From: Octopus bimaculoides
Taxonomy: Eukaryota
DNA: 63,598 nt
Direction: 5' to 3'
Assembly (NCBI RefSeq): GCF_001194135.2
Contig: NC_068981.1
Location: 148,981,561 to 149,045,158 of the forward strand
Part shown: piece by piece, positions 22,945 through 35,075 of the stretch
Layout: each line of letters opens with the position of its first letter
Numbering within the stretch: position 1 is the first letter of the stretch
Made by a program: the position numbers and the translations under genes
The notes under the pieces: model-generated
Seen by the model: the letters and a program-made list of their open reading frames with translations, nothing else
Told to the model about the DNA's origin: nothing
Database searches by the model: none

Positions 22945-23170
22945 TACAAAATCTCTATGGTGTCATTCGCCTTGCCAGAAATAACTGGCAGATATACCTC
23001 AATTCACGAAAAAGAAAGGGTAAAGATGTATTGGATATCAGTCCTAAATATGATATAGAAAGACAGGACGGTGGCGACCTGTGCGATTTCTTCCATAGGT
23101 AAGCTCATTTGTTTAGCTCTAACTGGAGGAACTGTATCAGGACTAAACAAGAGCAAATTCTCGCTAGAGG
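22945..23170 (+). mobile_element. Possible relic of an unclassified invertebrate transposase-like ORF
   Basis: Open frame ..RKRKGKDVLDISPKYDIERQDGGDLCDFFH, then (frameshifted) LALTGGTVSGLNKSKFSLED; recalls the RDGDLxEFFxHEN..PPSLS..G.LR.G.KS motif from memory only. Confidence 0.3.
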
Positions 23171-24296
23171 ACACAGACATATCGCAGACGCAGACCACAC
23201 ACATACATTCATACTTATAAACATGAATATCTGTGTCCCCCCCCCACACACACACACTCACACAGAAGTAGATTAAAGGTTACCGCAGCATTACTACATT
23301 GGTAAAAGAAAATGCCGCCATACATTTGGCTCCAAACTCTTAAGCTATCCTGAAACAACACGTGATTTATGGCTTGAGAGCTAATTATAAATTAATGGCT
23401 ATTCGGTTTTTTTTCCTTATATTAAAACCCACTCATTAATTTTTTTACACAACGAAATTAAATATACCCAAATAAGATTTACAAAACAACCCATAAATGT
23501 TACTCGAACCACGCATCAATTACTTACTGGATGACTAGGTTACAAATCACATCACACTGAATTCGTAACCCCTTAGTTTTTCAAATTAGGTATGTAAATA
23601 TTTATCTGGCTTATTAAATGAACTTTTCACTCTCCCAAATCATGTTATTTATTTTACAGGAAATTGTATCAGCAACGTAGCGCCACATACAGGAAAGATC
23701 ATATTTATTACGGCCCAATAAAGCTAGATATCACACTTTGTTGTTTCCAGAGAAAATTAACCCCAAGAACACAGAAAAATAGATGAATAAGTTGTTTGAT
23801 ACCTTATAAAAGAAATGATGTTAGACATTTTACCCATTTATGAATTGTTTATTGGTGTAATCGGTAAAATAATTGAATCATAAGCGATGAATACACATTT
23901 TGAAGTCTTTTGTATCTCGGTTTTGCGATGATTGAATGCAGTAATGTTCTGTACCCTAATGTAGAAAGAAAATAGGCGGGAGGTTGCAAGATAAAGTTCA
24001 GTGTCAGTTTAGGTGAGCAATGGTGGTGTCACCTTCACGTATTTTAGAAGGTACAATTTTGTACACTACCAAGAACATTTTAATCCTTTATATATATGTA
24101 TTCCCTTCCTATTATCCTCTTGGACTCACTGTAACCGTCGCAACTCATTATGTTACCGTATAAATTAACATATTACTTCTCTGTTTTTCTATTTCTTTAT
24201 TTTGTCTTGTTTATATATATTTTCTTCGTTAATCCTTATTTTTAGTCCCTTAGATCACATTATTTTCTAGTTGCCCAAGAGAAATATTTTACTCCC

Positions 24297-24339
<43 letters not shown>

Positions 24340-24556
24340 ATCTAAATATATTTACACATACATATATATGAAAATAGGAGATTGGTAAATGTCTTGGTAC
24401 TATCTATTCATCATCACATGAGGTTCATTTGCTAATCGGGGTTACAAAATTGTACATGTAGTAGAAAACGTATGTATGTATGTATGTATGTATGTATGCA
24501 TGTATATATGTATGTTTGTATGTATGTATGTATGTATGTATGTGTGTGTGTGTGTG

Positions 24557-24591
<35 letters not shown>

Positions 24592-24617
24592 TTATTTATC
24601 TATCTATCTATCTATCG

Positions 24618-24651
<34 letters not shown>

Positions 24652-24654
24652 TTT

Positions 24655-24709
<55 letters not shown>

Positions 24710-25958
24710 GCATGTATACATACAAACGCATGCATAGGTGGACCAAGGCACACACAAACACACACAAATACTTGTACCCACACACAGAGTTCACATAGGC
24801 AAACCCAACCGCACATTTATACACACATTTTCTCTAGTGCCTTCCTTTCCCTAGGACATTTTCTCACGTTTTCTCTGCTTTTCTCTCTCGGTCTTCGTGT
24901 AAAGCTCCTTTCAAGTGAACAGCTGGTACAATTGACTAGCTCTTGAATTGACAGCAGTTGGTCATATCTTACCAGGTAGGTACTTCTATTTCATCCCTAA
25001 AGCTCTCACTAAATCTATCGTTATAAAGTAAATTCTTCGGGTTGGTTTACTAAATAAAACGCTTGAAACTTAACCAAACCCTACAGCGTTTTACGTTTTT
25101 CGCTGGAACTAACAATTCTACTTCCGGTTGTTCTATTTAAAAAAAAAATAACTGTTAATGTCTTTCAGAGCTTGTTGGAGTAGCAGAAACGAGAGGTCGT
25201 CGGCCTAAATACTTGAGAACATTCAGTTTTTTTTTAAAATTTCTACGATCCGAATTTAAATCTTATTACGTCAGATTTAACATTCGTACATCCAGGTTTT
25301 ATATATATANNNNNNNNNNNNNNNNNNNNNNNNNNNNNNNNNNNNNNNNNNNNNNNNNNNNNNNNNNNNNNNNNNNNNNNNNNNNNNNNNNNNNNNNNNN
25401 NNNNNNNNNNNNNNNNNNNNNNNNNNNNNNNNNNNNNNNNNNNNNNNNNNNNNNNNNNNNNNNNNNNNNNNNNNNNNNNNNNNNNNNNNNNNNNNNNNNN
25501 NNNNNNNNNNNNNNNNNNNNNNNNNNNNNNNNNNNNNNNNNNNNNNNNNNNNNNNNNNNNNNNNNNNNNNNNNNNNNNNNNNNNNNNNNNNNNNNNNNNN
25601 NNNNNNNNNNNNNNNNNNNNNNNNNNNNNNNNNNNNNNNNNNNNNNNNNNNNNNNNNNNNNNNNNNNNNNNNNNNNNNNNNNNNNNNNNNNNNNNNNNNN
25701 NNNNNNNNNNNNNNNNNNNNNNNNNNNNNNNNNNNNNNNNNNNNNNNNNNNNNNNNNNNNNNNNNNNNNNNNNNNNNNNNNNNNNNNNNNNNNNNNNNNN
25801 NNNNNNNNNNNNNNNNNNNNNNNNNNNNNNNNNNNNNNNNNNNNNNNNNNNNNNNNNNNNNNNNNNNNNNNNNNNNNNNNNNNNNNNNNNNNNNNNNNNN
25901 NNNNNNNNNNNNNNNNNNNNNNNNNNNNNNNNNNNNNNNNNNNNTATATATACATATG

Positions 25959-26660
25959 CAAGGGGGTACCCAAAAGTAACCGGAAACGTTCTCTGTGGGA
26001 CAAGCACATTGTAGTTCAGGCTTCTGGCACTAGAGGCCACTTGGCGCACCAGTTTGCCGACCGGCGGCGTCGACTGAAGTCGTACTTCTACGTCATGCGT
26101 CTTTGTTGTGCAGTGCTTCTCCCTTGTCGTCGATTTTTGCGATGGCTGAAACAGAGGGACAGCGTGCTTCCGTGAAATTCTGCTTTCTGCTAGGGAAAAT
26201 GGTGGCCGAAACAGCTGCCATGCTTCAAGCAGCTTACAAGGAGGTTGCCATAAACAAAACACAAGTTTACGAGTGGTTTTCACACTTTAGGAATGGTCAC
26301 ATGTTTACTTGAAGACCAACCTCGTTCAGGGCGATAGTCGACCGCCCTAACATCACGAAAATTCATGAATTGATCTTGGAGGACCGTCGCCGAACAACAT
26401 GTTGATATGACTGGTGTATCATGGAGCTTCTCTCAACGAGAGCGAGGAATTGCGAATGAAAAGGGTTGCAGCAAAATTTGTGCCTCGCTTGCTCATGGAA
26501 AATCAAAGGCAGTCACGATTGAAAACGCTTGTGCACTCGTGAACTGAAAGAACAGTTGAAAGTTTATCTGGACCATTTTTCGAAAGTCATCACTGGTGCC
26601 GATAGCTGGTGCTACGGCTACGACACGAATACGAAGCAGCAATTAAGTCAATGGAAGCGC
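25959..26660 (+). mobile_element. Mariner transposon 5' half with left TIR
   Basis: TIR caagggggtacccaaaagtaacc; MAETEGQRASVKFCFLLGK..KTQVYEWF..LEDQPRSGR..MKRVAAKFVPRLL..KVITGADSWCYGYD..TKQQLSQWK with frameshifts. Confidence 0.9.
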
Positions 26661-26714
26661 GCGCGCGCGTCTGTCGAAGGAATCGACCCCAATACATAAT
26701 ATTTAAAGCTTGGT

Positions 26715-26842
26715 ACTTATGCTATCGATCGCTTTTACCAAGCCGCTAAGTTACGGAGATGTAAACACACCACCACTGGTTGTCAAACAGGAGTAGTGGA
26801 ACACAGACATAGAGACACACGCACACACACACACACACACAC

Positions 26843-26883
<41 letters not shown>

Positions 26884-27040
26884 CACGTATATACGTTGGG
26901 CTTCTTTCAGTTTCCATCTACCAAATCCACTCAAAGTTTTGGTCGGCCCAAGGCTATGGTAGAAGACACTTGCGCCAATGTGCCACACAAAACAAGGAAC
27001 CATGTGGCTGGGAAGCAAGCTTCTTACCACATAGCCGCAT
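26715..27040 (-). mobile_element. SINE family A
   Basis: ccgctaagttacggagatgtaaacacaccacc...ggtcggcccaaggctatggtagaagacacttg...ggaaccatgtggctgggaagcaagc. Confidence 0.85.
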
Positions 27041-27058
27041 ATGCACACACACACAGAC

Positions 27059-27121
<63 letters not shown>

Positions 27122-27789
27122 CGTGCGTGCGTGTGCGTGCGCGTGCTGTGTGTGTCTGTGTATGTATGCTCTCTGTGTATGTAAACTATGAACCCACAAA
27201 ATCACAATAGAGGGAAATTCGTACCAGATTGGTAACTACAAATCTTGAAAATGAATATTTCATAACGAAGCGTCAAATTAAGCAGAGAAATGAATAATAT
27301 TACCATAATCTAAATCATGTACCAAGAATGAAGACTTTTTATACACTAAAGTTAAGTTATTCGAATTTTATTCGTCCCTCCATAAATTTTTGTTTTTATA
27401 CGTCGTTGACGGTGGAAAATGAAATATGCACACATTTTCATACATTAAAAGCTACATCGATTGTTTCTCCTTTTTTCTTTTTTCTTCCTCTCTTTGTTTT
27501 GTTATTCTTCTTCTCGTCCTTTTTCTTCATATCAGCTAATTTCTTTTCCTATTGAGTTGTCATTTAACGATAATCCATCTACTAAGATACACAAGTGTGA
27601 AGTTTCTCCTCTCCATAAAACAGTTTGACATGAAAGACCACACATATATTTATACACATTTAGTCATAAACATTTTATTTATACTGGGGTATTCCTTCTT
27701 TCCGTCAGCTCCTGTAATTCGCCAGTTTTTCATCTCTGCCTTACTTTTGACATCACCTTTTAAAGCTATTCAATATATTCTTTTCTACT

Positions 27790-28197
27790 CTAGGCACTAG
27801 GTCCGAAATTTTGGAAGAGGGGGCCAGTCGATTAGATCGACCCCAGTACGCATCCTAATTTATCGACCCCGAGAGGATGAAAGGCAAAGTCGACCTCGGT
27901 GGAATTTGAACTAAGAACATAAAGACAGACGAAATACCGCTAAGCTTTTCACCCGACATACTAACGTTTCTTATTTCTTTATTGCCCACAAGGGACTAAA
28001 CACAGTGGGGACAAACAAGGACAGACAAAGAGATTAAGTCGATTACATTGACCCCAGTGCGTAACTGGTACTTAATTTATCGACCCCGAAAGGATGAAAG
28101 GCAAAGTCGACTTCGGCGGAATTTGAACTCAGAAGCAGACGAAATACCGTTAAGCATTTCGCCCGGCGTGCTAACGTTTCTGCCAGCTCGCCGCCTT
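27790..28197 (-). mobile_element. Two tandem SINE family B copies (27790-27968, 27970-28197)
   Basis: Repeated atcgaccccga.aggatgaaaggcaaagtcgac.tcgg.ggaatttgaact; the second ends ctgccagctcgccgcc (head). Confidence 0.9.
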
Positions 28198-28341
28198 AGA
28201 TATGCAATATATTGCTTATAGTTAGTGTTAGTGTATCAGATTCAAAACAGCAAATAGTAAAATAAAATAGAAATAATAATGTAAAATAGAAACAAAAGAA
28301 AATTTCTGTCTCTTCAGTCTTTTCATTTAACTGAGAATGGT

Positions 28342-28615
28342 ACGTGGGTGGGTCAACTATGAACGAGTGATGTTAGAGCTATGAAATCTTACATGCATTA
28401 ATTTCAGCATCTCTTATTAATAATTGCATTGCTTCTTTCCAGGTAAACTGACATCTGACTGGTCAAAGAAGACTTCAGAAGTAACTAGTAGTGACTTCTC
28501 TTGATAATCCACAAAATTTGGCATCGTGGTGTGATCAAGTACCTGCAGAAAAATGGTTTAGTGAACAAGGTCATTCATGCTGACATGCCTGCTACATTAG
28601 GGAATGACGCTTGTA
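28342..28615 (+). mobile_element. Mariner relic of a second family (left end and transposase N-terminus)
   Basis: KIWHRGVIKYLQKNGLVNKVIHADMPATLGNDA resembles a mariner HTH N-terminus. Confidence 0.6.
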
Positions 28616-28909
28616 TGTCTATCGTATATTGGCCCAATCCTAGTTTATCAAGTGGCTTTTATCATAGCCTCGTATTGACGAAAGCCTTTGACTGAAATTT
28701 AATAGTGACTATACAGAAAACGTTAACGAGACTAAACTCGATCTTGGGTGACAGACTTAATGCATTCCCTTGTCCTATGTCCTTGGGTGTCTTTTGTATT
28801 CAGGTCATGTCTGCAGTTTGTGGATAGCCTCTTTACTTATTCACGCATTTGCTTTTCTGTTTTTTTTTTTTATAAGTAATCAAAAAATATATTCATTATT
28901 TTCTGTATT

Positions 28910-29250
28910 TAAGGCGTCAGGTCGAAGAATCGTTTGCAAGTTGGACAAACTGCTTAGTGGCTTTTCGTCTGTCTTTTACGTTCTGAGTTCGAATTCCGCT
29001 GAAGTTGGCTTTACCTTCCATCCTTTCGGAGTAGATCAAATAAATATCCAATCAAGTATTAGGGTCAATATAGTAGACTAGCCTCCTCCCATGCTAAATT
29101 TTGAGCCTGGGCCTATAGTTGAAAGAATTATTTTCTGTATTTGAAGGCAGTGAACTGGCAGGATCGTTAGAACGCCGGAAGGAATGCTTTGCAGTATTTA
29201 TTCCGGCTTTCTACGTGCTAAGTTCAAATCGATTGCATCGCCTAAGCCCA
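28910..29250 (+). mobile_element. SINE family B fragments (28910-29090, 29140-29250)
   Basis: tacgttctgagttcgaattccgctgaagttggctttaccttccatcctttcgg; ggcagtgaactggcaggatcgttagaacgccgg. Confidence 0.7.
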
Positions 29251-29444
29251 TTCCCTTAAAACCTCTGGTCTCATTCCTAAATGAAAAATCATATTTTAGG
29301 TATTTAGATAATAAATGAACCATTGTTGAAATACAAATACTGCTGCTAATTAAACATTTCCCCCCAATACAACTCCGTCCTCCACCATAACCATATCTCA
29401 TCTCAAATAGCGATTTTTCTGTATTTGGTTGGATGTCTTTATGC

Positions 29445-29607
29445 TTACTCTTTACTCTTTACTCTTTTACTTGTTTCAGTTATTTGACTGCGGCCATGCT
29501 GGAGCACCGCCTTTAGTCGAGCAAATCGACCCCGGGACTTATTCTTTGTAAGCCTAGTACTTATTCTACCGATCTCTTTTGCCGGTTGTCAAGCAATGCT
29601 AGGGGGA

Positions 29608-29649
<42 letters not shown>

Positions 29650-29805
29650 NNNNNNNNNNNNNNNNNNNNNNNNNNNNNNNNNNNNNNNNNNNNNNNNNNN
29701 NNNNNNNNNNNNNNNNNNNNNNNNNNNNNNNNNNNNNNNNNNNNNNNNNNNNNNNNNNNNNNNNNNNNNNNNNNNNNGACTGAACCCGGAACCATGTGGT
29801 TGGTA
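29445..29805 (-). mobile_element. SINE family A spanning a gap
   Basis: tttactcttttacttgtttcagttatttgactgcggccatgctggagcaccgcc...gactgaacccggaaccatgtggttgg. Confidence 0.9.
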
Positions 29806-29892
29806 TGTACACATTTGAGTGTGGTGCACACACACACGCACGCACACATGCACACACGCACACACGCACGCACGCACACACACACACACACA

Positions 29893-29927
<35 letters not shown>

Positions 29928-30050
29928 TATAATTTAGAGAAGAACCACCATTATACAATTCAGACAATGAAAGACCTCAATTAGTGACGCTATATTGTCA
30001 CGTGATATATTTCTTATAAATGCTAAGTTTTACGCATTACGTTTAAAATT

Positions 30051-30310
30051 TTAGTTCACAGAAATTCGTCGATAAGTCATGCTTTTACTTTTAATTAATA
30101 TTGATAAATGTTCTCATTTATTTATTGTATTAACACGGATTTTTCTATATTTATTTCTTTTCTTAATGGATGATTATTATTAGTTCACAGTAATTATTCG
30201 TTGAGATAAATTATGCTTTTAATTTTAAGTAATATTATTAAATGTTTTTCATTTATTTACTGTATTAACACTTATTTTTCTATATTTATTTCTATTTTTA
30301 ATTAATTATT
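30051..30310. repeat. Diverged tandem duplication, period about 129 bp
   Basis: ttagttcacag...tgtattaacac..atttttctatatttatttct starts at 30051 and 30180. Confidence 0.85.
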
Positions 30311-31197
30311 ATGTGGTAAGATACGTACATTGATCTAAAAAAAAAAAATTATTCTAGACCATATTTTTAAATGGAATTGGATTTGGATCGATTAGTTTTT
30401 GAATTGAATTGATTTTATCTGTTTTAATATAGCCATGAAACGCGCGTAGTCAACTTAATGCGATTTACTTTTTATGTTTTATCAATTTACTACTATTTAC
30501 TTTTTATGCTTTATTGAATTCGTAGATTAGTATTTTTATAGTGTATTTTTTGTGGGGGATGGTGTCATTGGGATCTTTCATTATCTGAATTGTATAATGG
30601 TGGTTCTTCTCTAAATTATATTTATATACATATATTATATATTGTGAAATTTAATTTAGTATTACTAAATTGAATATTCCTGTACGTTTGGAATGATATA
30701 TTCCCTAATATTATATGTATATAGATAGATATACAAGAGTAAAAAAGAGAGACAGAGACAGACAGAAAAAAGGAAAATGTCCCTTGCATTTGAAAAATTT
30801 GGAAATATTTAAAAAGAACATTTCATTTAATTTTTCCACAATTTAATTGGTTTTCATGCTTTACAAGTTGAAAAAGTCGCAAAGACTGAAACCGGTAGTA
30901 AAATGTTCTTCATGATAAAAATTATTTTAGCATCTTCTACCTAGTCTTATTTTCCTTTTATATATATATGCGTATAAAAAGGGATGACCACTAAGTGGAC
31001 ATCCATTATGCTAGAAATAGATCACCTACGATCTAACCCTTCGTATACGCATGTAATACAATTTTTCTGAATTAATTTCTATTAATTTCCTTACTGAATG
31101 GTACGAGGAATTTCTGAGATTTTTCTATATGCTAGGCCACTGGTTTTAAATTGATGTTAATTAAATTAATATTCAGTTTATCACCCTCATTATTTAA

Positions 31198-31233
<36 letters not shown>

Positions 31234-31234
31234 C

Positions 31235-31477
31235 TTATAAATATTGTTGCAATACAATAGTATTATTTTCCAGTTAAATAAAACACCGTAAAAGTAGAAT
31301 TATAAATAGGAAATAGTGGCACAAGGCACCAATACATTGCGTCGTACGGTTATAGACTGCTATTTCCAGCAAAGATTGGTGCCTTGTTGTGCCACTTATT
31401 TCCTATTTATAATTCTACCTTTACGCTGTTTTATTTAGTTGGAGAATAATACTATTGTATTGCAATAATATTTATAA
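31235..31477. repeat. Foldback element, about 100-bp arms (31235-31333 / 31375-31477); partial second copy at 31872-31935
   Basis: gcaatacaatagtattatt..tagaattataaataggaaatagtggcacaaggcaccaat mirrored almost perfectly. Confidence 0.95.
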
Positions 31478-31669
31478 TTTTCATATAAAAATTTTTCACT
31501 GATCTCGGTTCTATTTATAGCTAGGTGTATCAGGCGAATATACAAGCATTGACGTAGCGAATATTTTATGTTTCGTCTTCGGTGAATATAGCTGAAGAAG
31601 ACTAACCAGATTTACGATAACAAACATATTCTAGATAGTCCGAAACTCGAATACTAGGTTATCCATTCT

Positions 31670-31793
31670 ACAGTGTGTCTACAAAAACTGGGTACATGAA
31701 GTAAATAAAATCATAACATAAATTAGATATAAGAAATAATAATTTCTTAAAGTATGTGTTAATCCCCATGTACACAGACTTTGTGGACACTCT
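31670..31793. mobile_element. Small Tc1/mariner-type MITE
   Basis: Ends cagtgtgtctacaaaaactgggtacatg and catgtacacagactttgtggacactc are imperfect inverted repeats; TA precedes the left end. Confidence 0.5.
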
Positions 31794-32409
31794 AGAGGTA
31801 AGACGAACAATTTTTATGTTTACCGCTCGAATACATCTTTGCCTGTATACATTCGGTGAAGCTTTACATAACGTCGTACATATCGGCTGCTATTTCCAGC
31901 ATACACTGGTGCCTTGTTGTGCCACTATTTCCTATATATATATATGTGTGTGTATGTGATTGTATGTGTCTGCCTACATAAATATATGTTTATATTTACA
32001 TAACTTTGTGCAGGTTGACGTTTGTGAGTATATGAATGCATTTGAATAGTAAACATTTGAATATGTGCTTATATGTACATGTGCCTTTGTAGGTAAAAGA
32101 AAGATAAACACATTTGTATTTATTTGTTTTTTTCTCCGTATGTTTTACAATTTTTATTCTTTTATGCTTATATTGCCATATTTATAAGCAATATTTATCG
32201 TTTCATTATGTCCTCTATTTTTCTTTTCTTTATATTCATCTTCAAGCGATCCATCATTCTATGTGAGAGTACTAGGAACCTTTGTGACATACTCATTTTC
32301 TTCCAGTATGATTTAATTTAATCTCTTGTCATCATGCTGCTCCTCCAAATATTGATTTCTAGGCCAATTTCTATCAATTTCCTTACTGAATGGTACGAGG
32401 AACATTCTA

Positions 32410-32709
32410 GTAAAGTTGAACATCTTATCTGACCTCCACAGTCCCCAGATTTCCAATATTATTGAACATTTATGGTGCATTTTAGAAAATAAGTAAGGAG
32501 TCGATATCCTCCGCCATCATCACTACAAAAACTAGAGACTATTTTAGATGAAGAATGGACAAAAATTCCTTTGGAAACAATTCAAACTTTATACGAGTCC
32601 ACACCTCGTGGATTTCAAGCGGTAATTACTGCTAAAGGCGGTCCTGCCCCATATTAAAATAAATTTGCTTGAAATTTTAAGGTGTTACCATCATTTTGTC
32701 CAACCCCTG
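32410..32709 (+). mobile_element. Tc1 transposase C-terminus with right TIR
   Basis: PPQSPD..NIIEHLWCILEN..RYPPPSSLQKLETILDEEWTKIPLETIQTLYES..AVITAKGGP; ends ttttgtccaacccctg|TA. Confidence 0.9.
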
Positions 32710-34114
32710 TATGTGCTCCANNNNNNNNNNNNNNNNNNNNNNNNNNNNNNNNNNNNNNNNNNNNNNNNNNNNNNNNNNNNNNNNNNNNNNNNNNNNNNNN
32801 NNNNNNNNNNNNNNNNNNNNNNNNNNNNNNNNNNNNNNNNNNNNNNNNNNNNNNNNNNNNNNNNNNNNNNNNNNNNNNNNNNNNNNNNNNNNNNNNNNNN
32901 NNNNNNNNNNNNNNNNNNNNNNNNNNNNNNNNNNNNNNNNNNNNNNNNNNNNNNNNNNNNNNNNNNNNNNNNNNNNNNNNNNNNNNNNNNNNNNNNNNNN
33001 NNNNNNNNNNNNNNNNNNNNNNNNNNNNNNNNNNNNNNNNNNNNNNNNNNNNNNNNNNNNNNNNNNNNNNNNNNNNNNNNNNNNNNNNNNNNNNNNNNNN
33101 NNNNNNNNNNNNNNNNNNNNNNNNNNNNNNNNNNNNNNNNNNNNNNNNNNNNNNNNNNNNNNNNNNNNNNNNNNNNNNNNNNNNNNNNNNNNNNNNNNNN
33201 NNNNNNNNNNNNNNNNNNNNNNNNNNNNNNNNNNNNNNNNNNNNNNNNNNNNNNNNNNNNNNNNNNNNNNNNNNNNNNNNNNNNNNNNNNNNNNNNNNNN
33301 NNNNNNNNNNNNNNNNNNNNNNNNNNNNNNNNNNNNNNNNNNNNNNNNNNNNNNNNNNNNNNNNNNNNNNNNNNNNNNNNGGGGGTAAGTGAGTAAGAGC
33401 AAAACGAATTATTGCAATTAAACCATCTATTATCTAATTTGATTAAAGAAACCTGCTCGTATAGACGTCAGCCGGTAACTCTCCTTTATTCACTCTTAAA
33501 CTTTATCCGTCTTTAATTATTCAAGCATTTTTTCGGAATATAATTGTAAAACCTGACTGAGTAGTTTCAGCAGGAATTCCCCCATTAGTTATTTCACAGT
33601 GAGAAACATCAAAATGTATGTAAAAACAAATTTCTGTCAAGTTCGAGTCAGATGGAAGAATATATCTAGTTATGCCTGATAATTTTTCATGTGTCTAATT
33701 TTTAAACAACTTATCACATGTACTGACAAAGCAACAGTCAGGTTATATAAACATTCTGAGAAAAACGTTTAAAAGCTTCAAAATAGATCGCGATTATGAA
33801 TGGATAAAATAAATGCTAGTTGATTGCTTTTAATGTAAACTAGATTATAGATTCTTTAATTGCAATAATCCATATGCTAGAAATAGCTAATAGTGACAAA
33901 ACTTGTAGAAATTATTTCTGTATACACACACATATAAACGCATGCATATATAAGCACACACATATGTGTAATATATCATGTGTATCTTGGCGAACCAGAG
34001 ATTAAATGATATTGTACCCTCTCCGTGAAACTGCAGTGTATCGGAATTACGATCATCTCAATGTCACAAACCAACTGATAGAAAGATGGTAACAAGTATA
34101 AACCCTGTTAGTTT

Positions 34115-34677
34115 CAACGAAACCAGTTGGATGCAGGCCACCCAGTCAATAAGAATGTTAAACCTGAGAATCAAGAGATCATTTGACCTAGCACAGCCGA
34201 CGGATATCAATGTACGCTACAGCAGCATTGATTGCAAGGCTTATTTCTAATACTACAAGATCAGACTTATTCCTATACTATATACTGTCTCTTTTGGAGA
34301 AATGGATGAACTGTTTTGATATTAAAACTATTATGACGTTGAGAAAGAGACAATAAACTGAAATGATACAGATGCTGTGCAAGTTGCAGAGCATTTTATT
34401 ACAGACACAAACGCGAACACAAATAAAAGATTAAAAAAACAGCACAGTTGGCAGCCACGTTGATCTAAGGATCAATGCTTGGCTTGTTTATTTCCATGTG
34501 TGTGTTTGTGTACGCGCGTAAAAAATAACTTAAAATAAAAATATATTAGTCTTCAAATATGTTATGCTGGTGTAGCTTGCATTGATATGCTTCGGTTGTG
34601 CTAGGTCAAATGATCTCTTGATTCCTAATTTTAACATTCTTATTGACCGGGTGGCCTGCATCCAAATGGTTTCGTTG
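34115..34677. mobile_element. MITE with about 115-bp TIRs (34115-34228 / 34564-34677)
   Basis: caacgaaacca.ttggatgcaggccacc..gtcaataagaatgttaaa..aatcaagagatcatttgacctagcac and its reverse complement. Confidence 0.85.
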
Positions 34678-34915
34678 TAGGATTTTAACCAAAGTTGATT
34701 CCTCTGAGGATCGGTAAAAATTTATTTTGAACTACATAATGACTATCTGCATTAAGATATATGTTCCTTGAATCCATTAATATTTTTGTCTTTCAGACTT
34801 CAGATATAGTAAGACATCAAGTCGTCTTTGGATTTTCTATATCAGAAAGAATGTGTTAGCTGTGTGTAGGTGTTTAAATGTATTTCTGGTTAGACCAATA
34901 TCAATTTGTTCATAC

Positions 34916-35075
34916 CTTCAATTTTCAAGGGAAACTTTTGCTCGGTAAGGCACCTGTTTATAAAGGGACAACGTGAAATATCGACTTCCATGGGAAGGAG
35001 GATTTTGCATGACTTTGGCAACTGAATTTCTTCAGTTCATTCTAACTTTTGAAGTAGAATGGTTTTTCAGTACAA
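34916..35075 (-). CDS. Candidate exon of unknown gene, possibly first coding exon (ATG at 34991; MEVDISRCPFINRCLTEQKFPLKIE)
   Basis: Acceptor tatttacag| at 35076-35077 and donor GAAG|gtatga at 34915; all three frames close near the 5' end, one opens at an ATG and runs to the donor. No homology recognised. Confidence 0.35.
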
